Positions 47,850 through 58,280 of a DNA stretch of 64,000 nt are shown piece after piece. The stretch lies in contig CAZBBK010000003.1 in assembly GCA_964490075.1 (NCBI GenBank), positions 1 through 64,000 on the forward strand, given 5' to 3'. Within the stretch, counting starts at the first letter, position 1. Each line of letters begins with the position of its first letter. The translations under genes and the position numbers were made by a program. The notes under the pieces were generated by a model. It worked only from the letters and a program-made list of their open reading frames with translations. It searched no databases and was not told the origin of the DNA. The stretch is from an uncultured Gemmatimonadota bacterium. GTDB lineage: Bacteria; GCA-2686955.

Positions 47850-49090
47850 CCGTGCCTCCGCGTCGTTCCGGCTCCGATCCCGACTCCGGCGCCAATCCGG
47901 CCGAGCTCCTCGCGTCGAAGAGCGTTCTGCTGGCGGTCTCGGGCTCGATCGCCGCTTACAAGGCGGCCTACCTGGTTCGTGAGCTGCAGCGCGCCGGTGC
48001 CGACGTTCGGGTGCTGATGACGCGCTCCGCATGCGAGTTCGTCGCTCCTCTGACCTTCGAGGCGCTGACCGGCCATCCGGTCGAGGTGGAGCCCTTCAAG
48101 GCCGACGACGCGATCCGCCATGTCGCCCTGGCGCGCGAGGCGGACGCTTTGCTGGTGGCGCCGGCGACCGCCCACATCCTTGCGCGTCTGGCGCTGGGAC
48201 TGGCCGACGATGTCCCGACGACGCTCGCCCTGGCCTGCACCGCGCCGATCGTGGCGGCCCCGGCGATGAACGTCGAGATGTGGCGCAAGCCGGCCACGCA
48301 GGCCAACGTGGCGACCTTGATGGAGCGCGGCGTGCGCTTCGTGGCACCCGAGGAGGGCGATCTGGCTTGCGGCGAGGTCGGCGCCGGGCGCTTGGCGGAG
48401 CCCGGGGCGATCGTCGCCGAGCTGACGCGGGCGATCGCAGCGCCGCACTCGGCGTGGTCCGGCCGGAGAGTGCTGATCACGGCCGGCGGCACCGAGCAGC
48501 CGATCGACCCGGTGCGGGTCATCGGCAATCGCTCTTCGGGGCGCACCGGAATCGCCCTGGCGAGCGCGGCGCGTGATCTGGGCGCGTCGGTCGAGCTGCT
48601 GCTGGCGCGCCACAGCGAACCGGCTCCGCCCGGCGTCGTTTGCCGCTCGGCGGCCACCGTGGAAGAGATGCGCGAGGCCGTGCTGCGCGGCATGGCGGAC
48701 GCCGACGTGCTGCTGATGGCGGCCGCGGTCTCCGATTTCGTGCCGCGCGAGGTCGCCGAGGAGAAGATCAAGCGCGCCAGCGGCGAGCTCGAGCTGCGCT
48801 TCGATCCGACCCCCGATATCCTCGCCGAGGCGGCGCGCGCGCGACGAGCGGGCCAGCTGCTGGTCGGCTTCGCGCTCGAGACCAGCCGCGGCGAGGAGCG
48901 CGCGCTCGAGAAGATGCACGCCAAGGGGATCGACGCGATCGTGCTCAACCATCCGGCGCTGGCTCTGGAAGGCGCCGAGAGCGAAGTCACGATCTTCGCT
49001 GCCGCGGGCCAGCGCTGGTCTCTGCCGCGCGCCTCGAAGGCGGAGATCGCGCGCGGAATCCTGGCCCGCATCGAAGAGCTGCTGCGGTAG
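47846..49090 (+). CDS. coaBC: Bifunctional phosphopantothenoylcysteine decarboxylase/ligase
   Basis: GSIAAYKA, VAPATA, APAMN, GDLACG..G.GRL, ITAGGT.QPIDPVR..NRSSG, AAAVSDF, GFALE. Confidence 0.96.
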   Translation: MTVPPRRSGSDPDSGANPAELLASKSVLLAVSGSIAAYKAAYLVRELQRAGADVRVLMTRSACEFVAPLTFEALTGHPVEVEPFKADDAIRHVALAREADALLVAPATAHILARLALGLADDVPTTLALACTAPIVAAPAMNVEMWRKPATQANVATLMERGVRFVAPEEGDLACGEVGAGRLAEPGAIVAELTRAIAAPHSAWSGRRVLITAGGTEQPIDPVRVIGNRSSGRTGIALASAARDLGASVELLLARHSEPAPPGVVCRSAATVEEMREAVLRGMADADVLLMAAAVSDFVPREVAEEKIKRASGELELRFDPTPDILAEAARARRAGQLLVGFALETSRGEERALEKMHAKGIDAIVLNHPALALEGAESEVTIFAAAGQRWSLPRASKAEIARGILARIEELLR

Positions 49091-49111
49091 GCTGAGGCCC
49101 GACTGGAGGCC

Positions 49112-49933
49112 ATGGCGGTGTCTTCGAACGAGACTTCTCGGCGTTTTCTGGTGCAGCAAATCGACCTCGGCGGAGCAGCGGTCGTGCTGCCGCCGGCGGA
49201 GCGTATCGGCCAGGACCAGAGCGAAGAGCAAACGCCTCTTCCCCCGGAAAGCTCCGAGCCGGCCGACTCCACCGAAGCCGCGGCATCCCCCGCGGGACCC
49301 GCAGCCCCCGTCGCGGCATCCGCGGAGGAGTGGACCGCTCCCGACGGGCGGGTGGTGCGCGGCAGCGCGCGCCGCATCGCGCTGGCGCGGCTGCTCTACG
49401 AGGTGCGGGACTGCACCCGCTGCCCGCTGGGCGAGACCCGCAACCGTTTCGTGTTCGGCACCGGCAACGCCGATCCCACGGTGGTGCTGGTCGGCGAGGC
49501 GCCCGGCGCGGCGGAGGATCGCCAGGGCCGGCCCTTCGTCGGACCGGCCGGGCGCCTGCTCGACGAACTGCTCGCAAGGGTCGGTCTCGACCGCGCGCGC
49601 AACGCGTTTATCTGCAACGTGCTCAAGTGCCGCCCGCCGGGCAACCGCGACCCCCAGGCCGAAGAGGTGGCGCTCTGCGGCCCGATCCTGCGCCGCCAGA
49701 TGGAGATCCTCGAGCCGGCGTTGATCGTCACGCTGGGGCGCTTCGCGGCCCAGACCCTGCTGCGCAGCGAGGCGCCGATGGGGGCGTTGCGGCGGCGCGT
49801 CCACGACTACCAGGGCAAGCCACTGATCGCCACCTACCACCCCGCCTACCTGCTGCGCAACCGCCAGGCAATCGAACAGGTCGAGGCCGATCTCTTCGAG
49901 GCCGGCAAGCTGGCCGGGACCCTGCCCTCGTGA
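49112..49933 (+). CDS. Uracil-DNA glycosylase family 4
   Basis: CTRC, VGEAPG..ED..GRPFVG.AG, NVLKCRPPGNRDP, TYHPAYLLRN. Confidence 0.95.
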   Translation: MAVSSNETSRRFLVQQIDLGGAAVVLPPAERIGQDQSEEQTPLPPESSEPADSTEAAASPAGPAAPVAASAEEWTAPDGRVVRGSARRIALARLLYEVRDCTRCPLGETRNRFVFGTGNADPTVVLVGEAPGAAEDRQGRPFVGPAGRLLDELLARVGLDRARNAFICNVLKCRPPGNRDPQAEEVALCGPILRRQMEILEPALIVTLGRFAAQTLLRSEAPMGALRRRVHDYQGKPLIATYHPAYLLRNRQAIEQVEADLFEAGKLAGTLPS

Positions 49934-51288
49934 GCGAGCTGCGGGTGCCGCCGCAGGCGATCGAAGCCGAAGCTTCGGTGCTCGGCTCGGCGCTGATCGA
50001 CGGCACGGCGCTGGAGCGGATCGCCGATGCGCTCGGTCCGATGACCGATGGGGTCTTCTACCGCGCCCACAACCAGACGATCTTCGACGAGATGAAGACG
50101 CTCGCCTCGCGCGGCGAGCCGATCGATCTGCTCACCGTCTCCGAGGCATTGGAGGCCTGCGGCAAGCTCAAGGACGTGGGAGGGCTGGAGTACCTGACCT
50201 CGCTCGCCGAAGGTGTGGTGAGTGCCGCCAACGTCGAGTACCACGCCGAGATCCTGCGCCGCAAGGCAGTGCTGCGCAGACTGATCCAGGTGGCCGGCAA
50301 GTTCGCCACGGCGGCCTACGAGGGGGGGGACGAGGCCGACTCGATCGTCGACCAGGCGCAGGCGGCGATCTTCGAGCTGACCCAGTCGCGGGCCGGGGGC
50401 CAGGCGGTGGCGGTGCGCGAGATTCTCGGTGAGACGATCCGCAAGCTCGAAGAGCTCGGCGCCAATCCCCGCGCGGTCACCGGTCTGGCGTCGGGTTTCA
50501 AGGATCTCGACATGAAGACCGCGGGATTCCAGAAGGGTGACCTGATCATCCTGGCGGCCCGCCCCTCGATGGGGAAGACATCGTTCGCCCTGAACGTGGC
50601 CCAATACGCCGCGATCGAGCTCGAGGAGCCGGTCGCCATCTTCAGCCTGGAGATGTCTCGAGACTCGTTGGTGCAGCGCCTGCTGGCGGCCGAAGCGCGC
50701 GTCAACTCGACCCGTTTGCGACGCGGCGACCTGGACCAGGACGATTGGAGCCGCATTCTCACCGCGGTGGATTTTCTGGATCGCGCGCCGATCTTCATCG
50801 ACGATACCTCGGCCCTCTCGCCGCTCGAGCTGCGTGCCCGCTGCCGCTCGATCAAGGCCCGGCACGGTCTTTCGATGGTGCTCGTCGACTATTTGCAGCT
50901 GATGTCGGGACCGGCGCGGATGGAGAACCGCCAGCAGGAGATCTCCTTCATCTCGAGGTCGATCAAGGCGCTTTCCAAGGAGCTGGATATCCCGATCATC
51001 GCTCTCTCCCAGCTGTCGCGCGCGGTGGAGAGCCGCGGTGGCGACAAGCGTCCCCAGCTCTCCGACCTGCGCGAGTCGGGCGCCATCGAGCAGGATGCCG
51101 ACGTAGTCTGCTTCATCCACCGGCCGGAGATGTACTCGCCGGAGGTGCAGGAGATCGAAGGACAGGCCGAGATCATCATCGGCAAGCAGCGCAACGGCCC
51201 CACCGGCCGCATCCAGCTCTCGTTCATCAAGGACTACACCCGCTTCGAGGACTACGCGCCCGAAGACAGCGTTCCGGAGTATCGATGA
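49930..51288 (+). CDS. dnaB: Replicative DNA helicase
   Basis: PPQAIEAE.SVLG, AARPSMGKT, FSLEM, DYLQLM, LSQLSR, DLRESGAIEQDAD, KQRNGPTG; no intein. Confidence 0.98.
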   Translation: MSELRVPPQAIEAEASVLGSALIDGTALERIADALGPMTDGVFYRAHNQTIFDEMKTLASRGEPIDLLTVSEALEACGKLKDVGGLEYLTSLAEGVVSAANVEYHAEILRRKAVLRRLIQVAGKFATAAYEGGDEADSIVDQAQAAIFELTQSRAGGQAVAVREILGETIRKLEELGANPRAVTGLASGFKDLDMKTAGFQKGDLIILAARPSMGKTSFALNVAQYAAIELEEPVAIFSLEMSRDSLVQRLLAAEARVNSTRLRRGDLDQDDWSRILTAVDFLDRAPIFIDDTSALSPLELRARCRSIKARHGLSMVLVDYLQLMSGPARMENRQQEISFISRSIKALSKELDIPIIALSQLSRAVESRGGDKRPQLSDLRESGAIEQDADVVCFIHRPEMYSPEVQEIEGQAEIIIGKQRNGPTGRIQLSFIKDYTRFEDYAPEDSVPEYR

Positions 51289-52694
51289 TCGCCACTCGGG
51301 GATTCGAGGGGGGGACGACAAGCCACCTGATGGTGAGCATCTCCGGGATTCGCGGCGTGGTGGGCGAGTCGCTCACGCCGCCCGCGATCGAGGGTTTCGC
51401 GCGCGCCTTCGGCTTCTGGGCGGCGGAAGAGGCGAACGCGCGGGGGCGGCCGGCGACCATCGTGATCGGCCGCGACAGCCGTCCCACCGGCGCCATGGTG
51501 ACCGCCGCCGCGTCGGCCGGACTGATGGCCGCCGGCTGCGAGGTGATCGACATCGGTCTGGCGCCCACGCCGACCCTGATGCTGCGCGTCGAAACCCAGG
51601 GCGCGGCGGGCGCACTGGCCATCACCGCCAGCCACAATCCCGCACCCTGGAACGCGCTCAAGCTGATCGGCCCGCGCGGCATGTTCCTGCTGCCGCGTGA
51701 GGCCTCGGACGTGCTGCACCGGCACCGGGTCGGCGGCCGTTTCGCACCCTGGAACGGCGTCGGCGGCTACTCCACCGACACGGGCGCGATCGAGGACCAC
51801 ATCGAGCGCATCCTCGACCTGAACGTGGTCGACGTCGAGGCGGTGCGACGCGCGGCGCCCAAGGTGGTGCTCGACTGCGGGCGCGGTGCGGGCGGCGTGC
51901 TCTCTCCCGAGCTGCTGAGCCGGCTCGGCTGCGACGTGGTCGGTCTCGACCTGGAGCCGGACGGTCACTTCACCCGCAACCCAGAACCGGTCCCGGAGAA
52001 CCTGGGCGCTCTGTGCGCGTGCGTGCGCGAATCGGGGGCCGATTTGGGACTCGCCCACGACGCCGACGTCGACCGGCTGGCGATCGTGACCGAGGAGGGT
52101 GAGGCGGTCGGCGAGGAATGCACCCTGGCCCTTGCCGTGCGTCACGTACTGGAGTTGGGCGGTGCCGGTCCGGTGGTGACCAATCTCTCCACCAGCTCGA
52201 TGGCGGAGCAGATCGCCAGCCGGCACGGAGTGGAGATCCATCGTACCCCGGTCGGCGAGATCCACGTGGCGGAGAAGCTGCGCGAACGGGGCGGATCGAT
52301 CGGCGGGGAGGGAAACGGCGGTGTCATCCTCGCCGCGCTCCACTACACCCGGGATGCGCCGCTGGCGGCGGCCCTGGTGCTTTCGCTGATGGCGCGCTCC
52401 CGCGCCAAGATCTCCGAGCTGATCGCCACCCTGCCGCGGCGTCCGATGATCAAGCGCGCCTTCCCGCTCGATGCGGCGGTCCCGGTCGACCTCGCCGATC
52501 GTCTGAGCAATGTGCTGCCGGGCGCCACGCTCGACACCGCCGACGGCGTGCGCTTGACCACCGATTCCGCATGGGTGCACGTGCGGGCCTCCAACACCGA
52601 ACCGATCCTGCGAGTGATCGCCGAGGCCGAGGCCGAGGTCGAGGAACTGGTCCGGCGCGCCGCGCGGGCCGCGGGGGCCAAGCTCCCCCACTGA
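51285..52694 (+). CDS. glmM: Phosphoglucosamine mutase / phosphohexomutase
   Basis: SISGIRG, GRDSR, ITASHNP, DADVDR, GGEGNGG, RASNTEP; upstream of glmS. Confidence 0.85.
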   Translation: MIATRGFEGGTTSHLMVSISGIRGVVGESLTPPAIEGFARAFGFWAAEEANARGRPATIVIGRDSRPTGAMVTAAASAGLMAAGCEVIDIGLAPTPTLMLRVETQGAAGALAITASHNPAPWNALKLIGPRGMFLLPREASDVLHRHRVGGRFAPWNGVGGYSTDTGAIEDHIERILDLNVVDVEAVRRAAPKVVLDCGRGAGGVLSPELLSRLGCDVVGLDLEPDGHFTRNPEPVPENLGALCACVRESGADLGLAHDADVDRLAIVTEEGEAVGEECTLALAVRHVLELGGAGPVVTNLSTSSMAEQIASRHGVEIHRTPVGEIHVAEKLRERGGSIGGEGNGGVILAALHYTRDAPLAAALVLSLMARSRAKISELIATLPRRPMIKRAFPLDAAVPVDLADRLSNVLPGATLDTADGVRLTTDSAWVHVRASNTEPILRVIAEAEAEVEELVRRAARAAGAKLPH

Positions 52695-52709
52695 GCTGGA
52701 GGTGAGAAG

Positions 52710-54539
52710 ATGTGCGGCATCGTCGGCTATATCGGTGAGCGGAAAGTGGTTCCGCTGCTGATCGAAGGCTTGAGACGGTTGGAGTACCGAGGCTACGACT
52801 CGGCCGGCGTCGCGGTGGTGGAGGATGGCTCCATCTGGCTGCGCAAGGAGCCGGGCAAGATTGCCGCGCTGGAAAGCGAAATCGACGGTCAGAGCGTCGA
52901 CGCGCAAATCGGAATCGCCCACACCCGTTGGGCGACCCACGGCGCCCCGACCCGCACCAACGCCCATCCCCACGTCGACAGCTCCGGGCGCTTCGCCCTG
53001 GTGCACAACGGCATCATCGACAACTACTGCCAGCTGCGCACCGAGCTGCAGGCGGAAGGGGTCTCCTTCGAGACCGAGACCGACACCGAGGTGCTGGTGC
53101 AGCTCGTCGCCTACCTGTTCCGCGACTCGCTGGAACGCGCGGTTCGCGACGCCCTGGCGCGCGTCGACGGCACCTACGGCATCGCGGTGGTGAGCGACCA
53201 CGAGCCGGACACGGCCGTGATCGCGCGGCGCGGATCGCCTTTGGTCATCGGCGTGGGGGAGGACGAGACCTTCTTCGCCTCCGATGTCGCCGCCCTGGTC
53301 GCCCACACCCGCCAGGTGGTCTACCTGGAAGACGGCGAAATGGCCGTGATCCACCGCGACGGTTACACCACCAAGACGATCGAGAACGTGCGCATCGACA
53401 AGCGGGTGCACGAGGTCGACTGGGACCTCGGCATGATCGAACGCGACGGCTACGACCACTTCATGTTCAAGGAGATCCACGAGCAGCCGCGGGCGATCCG
53501 CGACACCATGCGCGGCCGCCTGCTCGCCGACCGCGCCACCGCGCGCCTGAACGGCCTCAATCTCAGCGAGGCGGACACGCGCGAGATCAAGCGCATCGTC
53601 TTCCTGGCCTGCGGCACCTCCTGGCACGCCGCGTTGGTCGGCGAGTACATGTTGGAGGCCCTGGCCGGCATCCCGACCGAGGTGCAGTACGCATCGGAGT
53701 TCCGCTACCGCCGCTCTCCCGCCCCCGAGGCCGGCACCCTCTTCGTCGCCATCAGCCAGAGCGGCGAGACGGCCGACACGCTAGCGGCGATGCGCGAAGG
53801 GCGGCGCCGAGGCGGCCGCTCGGTCGGCCTGGTCAACGTGGTCGGCTCGACCATCGCCCGCGAGAACGATGGCGGCGTCTACCTGCACGCCGGTCCGGAA
53901 ATCGGCGTCGCCTCGACCAAGGCCTTCACCTGCCAGCTCACGGCGCTGGCGATGATGACCTTGAAGTTCGGCCGCGCGCGCGAGATCTCCGAGGAGACCG
54001 GCCACGGCATGCTGCGCGCGCTGGACCGACTTCCTGAGCAGGTGGAGCGGGTTCTGGCGACCGAATCGGAGGTCAAGAGAATCGCCGAGCAGTACGCCGG
54101 CCAGCACAACTTCCTCTACCTGGGACGCGGCTACAACTTCCCGGTGGCCCTGGAAGGGGCGCTGAAACTGAAGGAGATCAGCTACATTCACGCGGAGGGT
54201 TACCCCGCCGCGGAGATGAAGCACGGTCCGATCGCCCTCATCGACGACAACATGCCGGTGGTCTTCATCGCCACCCGCGACGCGATCTACGAGAAGATCA
54301 TCGCCAACATCCAGGAGGTGCGGGCCCGCAGCGGCAAGGTGATCGTCATCGCCACGGAAGGCGACCAGGAAATCGCCCAGCACGCGGACCATGTCATCTA
54401 CATTCCGCAGACACTCGACTTCCTGACGCCGATTCTGGCGGTCGTTCCGCTGCAGCTCCTGGCCTACCACATCGCCGTGATACGCGGCTGTGATGTCGAT
54501 CAGCCGCGCAACCTCGCCAAGAGCGTCACGGTCGAGTAG
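52710..54539 (+). CDS. glmS: Glutamine--fructose-6-phosphate transaminase
   Basis: MCGIVG, RLEYRGYDSAG, HTRWATHG, SQSGETADT, VASTKAF, EGALKLKEISY, PRNLAKSVTVE. Confidence 0.98.
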   Translation: MCGIVGYIGERKVVPLLIEGLRRLEYRGYDSAGVAVVEDGSIWLRKEPGKIAALESEIDGQSVDAQIGIAHTRWATHGAPTRTNAHPHVDSSGRFALVHNGIIDNYCQLRTELQAEGVSFETETDTEVLVQLVAYLFRDSLERAVRDALARVDGTYGIAVVSDHEPDTAVIARRGSPLVIGVGEDETFFASDVAALVAHTRQVVYLEDGEMAVIHRDGYTTKTIENVRIDKRVHEVDWDLGMIERDGYDHFMFKEIHEQPRAIRDTMRGRLLADRATARLNGLNLSEADTREIKRIVFLACGTSWHAALVGEYMLEALAGIPTEVQYASEFRYRRSPAPEAGTLFVAISQSGETADTLAAMREGRRRGGRSVGLVNVVGSTIARENDGGVYLHAGPEIGVASTKAFTCQLTALAMMTLKFGRAREISEETGHGMLRALDRLPEQVERVLATESEVKRIAEQYAGQHNFLYLGRGYNFPVALEGALKLKEISYIHAEGYPAAEMKHGPIALIDDNMPVVFIATRDAIYEKIIANIQEVRARSGKVIVIATEGDQEIAQHADHVIYIPQTLDFLTPILAVVPLQLLAYHIAVIRGCDVDQPRNLAKSVTVE

Positions 54540-54558
54540 CCGAAAAGAAGAGGAGACG

Positions 54559-54942
54559 ATGCAAGCGATCTCTACCGCAGCCGCGCCGGCGGCGATCGGT
54601 CCTTACTCGCAGGCGATCGTCACGCCCTCGTATGTGTTCACGGCCGGACAGATCGCCCTCGACGCCGCCACCGGAGAGCTGGTGGGCGACGATGCGGCGG
54701 GCCAGACGGCGCAGGTGCTGGAGAACCTGAGTGCGATTCTGCGGGCCGCGGGCAGCTCGCTCGAGCAGGTCGTAAAGACCACGATCTATCTGGTCGACCT
54801 GGGAGATTTCGCGGCGGTCAACGAGGTCTACGCGCGGTCGATGGGGGAGACCCCGCCGGCCCGCTCGACCGTGGAGGTGTCGCGGCTGCCGCTCGGCGCA
54901 CGAGTCGAGATCGAAGCGGTGGCGCTCGGCCCGGGATCTTGA
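54559..54942 (+). CDS. ridA: RidA/YjgF reactive intermediate deaminase
   Basis: APAAIGPYSQA, AGQI, VVKTT, FAAVNEVY, PARSTVEV..LP...VEIE; GAGGAG RBS. Confidence 0.95.
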   Translation: MQAISTAAAPAAIGPYSQAIVTPSYVFTAGQIALDAATGELVGDDAAGQTAQVLENLSAILRAAGSSLEQVVKTTIYLVDLGDFAAVNEVYARSMGETPPARSTVEVSRLPLGARVEIEAVALGPGS

Positions 54943-54952
54943 AACTGAACAT

Positions 54953-55049
54953 GGGAATGGATGGGTCCTGGTGGGCCTCCCGGACTTCAACTCCGGCGCC
55001 GGGCGCTAATACCGTCCGGGGTGGGTTCGATTCCCACACATTCCCGCCA
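54953..55049 (+). tRNA. selC: tRNA-Sec (anticodon UCA)
   Basis: Extended acceptor stem GGGAATG/CATTCCC with G73-CCA; 6-bp D stem with UGGU loop; CCGGA-CUUCAAC-UCCGG anticodon arm; long variable arm; GUGGG-UUCGAUU-CCCAC T arm. Confidence 0.95.
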
Positions 55050-55112
55050 TCTTCACCCGCCGCCGATTCGGATCCGAACCCCTCGGCCGGCGGCACGCGG
55101 CGGGGACCGGCG

Positions 55113-55685
55113 GTGTTCTTCGATCGGGACGGGACCCTGATCGAATTGATCGACTACTTGCACGATCCGGGCCGGGTGCGCTTGCTGCCGGGGGCCTGCT
55201 CGGGCCTGTCCAACCTGCGCCGAGCCGGCTTTGCGCTGGTCGTGGTCAGCAATCAGTCGGGAATTGGACGCGCTCTCTTCGACGACGAGGCGCGGCGCGC
55301 GGTCGACCGGCGCATGAGCGAGCTGCTGGGAGCGGCGCGGCCCGACCTGATCCTCTGCTGTCCCCATGCGCCGGGCGGCGAGGCGGCGGCCTGCACCTGT
55401 CGCAAACCGGAGACCGGCATGATCCGCGAGGCCGAGCAGCGTCTCGGGCTCGATCTCGGGCGCTCCTACCTGGTGGGGGACAGTCCCGCCGACATCGAGT
55501 GCGGCAGGCGCGCGGGCCTGCGCACGGTGCGCGTGGCGAGCGGCTACGGGGGCGCGATCTCCGATCCCCACGACTACGACTTTCCGATCCCCCCTGCCAC
55601 CCACCGGGCCCTCGATCTCGACGCGGCCGCGGCCTGGATCCAACACGACGCGGCGGCGCGGCGGGGGCCGGATGGGGCCGCATGA
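55113..55685 (+). CDS. gmhB: D-glycero-D-manno-heptose-1,7-bisphosphate phosphatase-like HAD hydrolase; start uncertain
   Basis: FFDRDGTL, VVSNQSGIGR, CPH...CTCRKP..GM, VGDS..DI. Confidence 0.85.
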   Translation: MFFDRDGTLIELIDYLHDPGRVRLLPGACSGLSNLRRAGFALVVVSNQSGIGRALFDDEARRAVDRRMSELLGAARPDLILCCPHAPGGEAAACTCRKPETGMIREAEQRLGLDLGRSYLVGDSPADIECGRRAGLRTVRVASGYGGAISDPHDYDFPIPPATHRALDLDAAAAWIQHDAAARRGPDGAA

Positions 55686-56257
55686 AGATCGGCTTCGCGA
55701 CGCTCTTGTGCGCGGCACAGCTCTGCGCCGGGGCGCGGGCTTTCGCACAGAGCGACTCCCTGGAAAACGCGCCCCGGATCGGCTCGCACGTCGACGACTT
55801 CGAGCTACGCCGCTCGCCGGGCGGCGCGGCCCTGCGTTCTCTGGCCTTGCCGGGATGGGGGCAGCTTTACACCAGCCACCGGCGCAAGGCACTGCTGGCG
55901 GCGGGAGTGGAGCTGGGCCTGGCGTCGTGGATCGCCTGGGAGACCAGGATCGTCGATCGAGAGCTCACGAAGTCGCGGAAGAGGGGCGAGACGCAGGCCA
56001 TGGTCGACGACGGAAATGCTCCCAACTATGTGCGTTACGTCGATCACTTCGAGCTTCGCAGAGAGCTGCTGATCTACCTGGGCCTGAGCGCCCTGGGCTT
56101 TGCCCTCGACGCCTATGTGGACGCCTGGCTCTACGGGCAGGACGAGGAATTCCGCGACTTCCCGGTTCCCCGGAGCACCCTCCGGGGGGAGGTGGACGCG
56201 GCCCTCGACCCGGCCGCGAGGGGTGTGACCCTGGCGCTGCGTTTGCGTTGGCCCTGA
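55682..56257 (+). CDS. DUF5683-like exported/membrane protein
   Basis: P..AALRSLALPGWGQLY...K...DAYVDA.L pattern; signal peptide. Confidence 0.8.
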   Translation: MKIGFATLLCAAQLCAGARAFAQSDSLENAPRIGSHVDDFELRRSPGGAALRSLALPGWGQLYTSHRRKALLAAGVELGLASWIAWETRIVDRELTKSRKRGETQAMVDDGNAPNYVRYVDHFELRRELLIYLGLSALGFALDAYVDAWLYGQDEEFRDFPVPRSTLRGEVDAALDPAARGVTLALRLRWP

Positions 56258-56285
56258 GGTTCCGAGCAGAGGAGGAAGCCCGACC

Positions 56286-58280
56286 ATGAGCGTCGGCAAG
56301 CGCGAGACCTGGATCCTTGGCGGGCGTACCGGCCTGGTGGCCGGCACCGCCGGCGGCATCGTCGGCCTGATCAACTCCTGGGAGACGGTGCACGGCAGCG
56401 GACGCGCGGAAATCCCGGCGACGATCCACCTGCTGGCGGCGATCGTCCACGCCCAGACCTACTTCCTGGCGGGGCTGGGACTCGCGCTGCTCATCGGCTG
56501 GCGCTGGCGGGCGCGGCCGGGCGCAGCGCACGCCCTGCCGGTGGCGATCGGATTGCCGCTGGTGGTCTTCACCGCGCTCGGGATCACCCTGAACGTGGGC
56601 TATCTGCCCGAGTTCCGGAGCGCGCCCAGCCTGCTCGCCGACCTGGCCCTGGCCGCCCTCTGTGGGGTTGGCGCCTGGTGGCTCTATCGATGGCTGAGGC
56701 GGCGCCCGGCGCCCTCGAGCTTCGCGCGCCCCTGGCTGAGCCTGGGGGCCCTGGTGCTGCTGGCCGCGGGCGCGGCGGCCTGGATCGAGCGCCGCTCGAC
56801 CCTGCCCGAGGTGCCGCTCGGAGCCGCCTCGGCCGACCAGCCCGACATCCTCTTCGTGCTGGTCGACACGGTGCGCGCGGACCATCTGAGCGCCTACGGC
56901 TATCCCCATCCCACCACCCCCTGGCTGGAGGGCCTGGCCGCGGAGGGGGTGCTCTTCGAGCGGGCGATCGCCGCTTCGTGCCACACCAAGCCGTCCACGG
57001 CATCGATCTTCACCTCGCGCTACCCGCCGGCGCACCAGGCGCGCCGCCTCGAAGAAACTCTGCCACCGACGGCGTTCACGCTGGCCCAGGCGCTGCGGAT
57101 CGGCGGCTACCGCGCCGCCGCCTTCAGCGCCAACGGGCTGGTCTCTCCTACCTTCGGCTTCGGGCGCGGCTTCGAGCGCTTCTACCGCCAGGAGGCGCCC
57201 TACATGCTGCTGCTCGATCTCTCCGAGATCCTCTACCGCGTCTACCTCGGTGTGCCGGGCGCGCGCTACGCCGCGGGTGCTCTCCTGGGCAGCTTCCTCG
57301 GCTGGGAATGGCTCCTGATGCCCTCGCGGCGCGCCGACGAGAGCCTGCTGCAAGAGGCCGAGGACTTCGAAGCGGCCGGCATCTTCGACGCGGCCGGCGA
57401 CTGGCTCGACGCGGTGGCGACCGTTTCCGAGCACCCGATCTTCACCTACATCCACCTGCTCGAGCCGCACGATCCCTACGAGCCGCCGGCGAACCTGCTG
57501 GCGCAGTTCGAAGAGAGCCTCGGCGGCACCACCGACGATCCCTACTTCCCGCACTATGTCGGCGGCTTTCTGCCCTTCCGGGAGGGGCCCGCGCTGCCCG
57601 AGAAGGAGCGGTTGGGGCTGATCGCCCGCTACGACGCCGAGCTGAGGGCGATCGACTCCCTGATCGGGGACTTCGTCGACCGGGTGGGGACCCTGCGGTC
57701 GGAGCGCGAGCTGCTGGTGGTCTTCACCTCCGACCACGGCGAGGAGTTCTACGAGCACCGCGGCTGGGGGCACGGCCACTCGCTCTACGAAGAGACGGTG
57801 CACGTGCCGCTGGTGCTCTCCTGGCCCGGGCACCTGGAAGCGGGCCGGCGGGTGGCGCAGCGGGTGAGCCTGATCGACCTGGCGCCGACGATTCTGGAGC
57901 TGGCCGGCGTGCCGCCGGCGGAGCCCTTCCAGGGCGTCAGTCTGGCGCCGCTGCTCAGCGGCGCGGATTCGGCCGCACGCAGCCCGGTCTTCGCCGAGAT
58001 CTTCTGGGGCGGGCACTTCGCGCGCAGCTACCACGATGGAGAGCGCAAGCTGATCGAGGCGACCAGCGGCTCCGACATCCGACGCTTCCTCTTCGACCTG
58101 GAGGCCGATCCGGCCGAGGGTCGGAATCTGTTCGAGCAAGACCCCGCGGGCGGCGCGGAGCTCACCTCTGCGCTGCGGGCGATCGTCGAGCGCTCAGAAG
58201 CGATCGCGGTCGATGCCCGGTCGGTGCGGATCGAGGGGGACATCGCGGATCAGATGCGGGCGTTGGGGTATATCGACTGA
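56286..58280 (+). CDS. Membrane-anchored sulfatase / alkaline-phosphatase-superfamily protein
   Basis: Five TM helices, then DTVRADHL, TKPS, H..EPHDPY, YDAE...D, SDHGEEF.EH...HG, HVPL. Confidence 0.9.
   Translation: MSVGKRETWILGGRTGLVAGTAGGIVGLINSWETVHGSGRAEIPATIHLLAAIVHAQTYFLAGLGLALLIGWRWRARPGAAHALPVAIGLPLVVFTALGITLNVGYLPEFRSAPSLLADLALAALCGVGAWWLYRWLRRRPAPSSFARPWLSLGALVLLAAGAAAWIERRSTLPEVPLGAASADQPDILFVLVDTVRADHLSAYGYPHPTTPWLEGLAAEGVLFERAIAASCHTKPSTASIFTSRYPPAHQARRLEETLPPTAFTLAQALRIGGYRAAAFSANGLVSPTFGFGRGFERFYRQEAPYMLLLDLSEILYRVYLGVPGARYAAGALLGSFLGWEWLLMPSRRADESLLQEAEDFEAAGIFDAAGDWLDAVATVSEHPIFTYIHLLEPHDPYEPPANLLAQFEESLGGTTDDPYFPHYVGGFLPFREGPALPEKERLGLIARYDAELRAIDSLIGDFVDRVGTLRSERELLVVFTSDHGEEFYEHRGWGHGHSLYEETVHVPLVLSWPGHLEAGRRVAQRVSLIDLAPTILELAGVPPAEPFQGVSLAPLLSGADSAARSPVFAEIFWGGHFARSYHDGERKLIEATSGSDIRRFLFDLEADPAEGRNLFEQDPAGGAELTSALRAIVERSEAIAVDARSVRIEGDIADQMRALGYID

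Noticed and set aside
52695..52709. glmS ribozyme
   Set aside because: Only 15 bp separate glmM and glmS.
54953..55110. Integrative element inserted at selC
   Set aside because: No integrase and no duplicated tRNA 3' end were found in the window.
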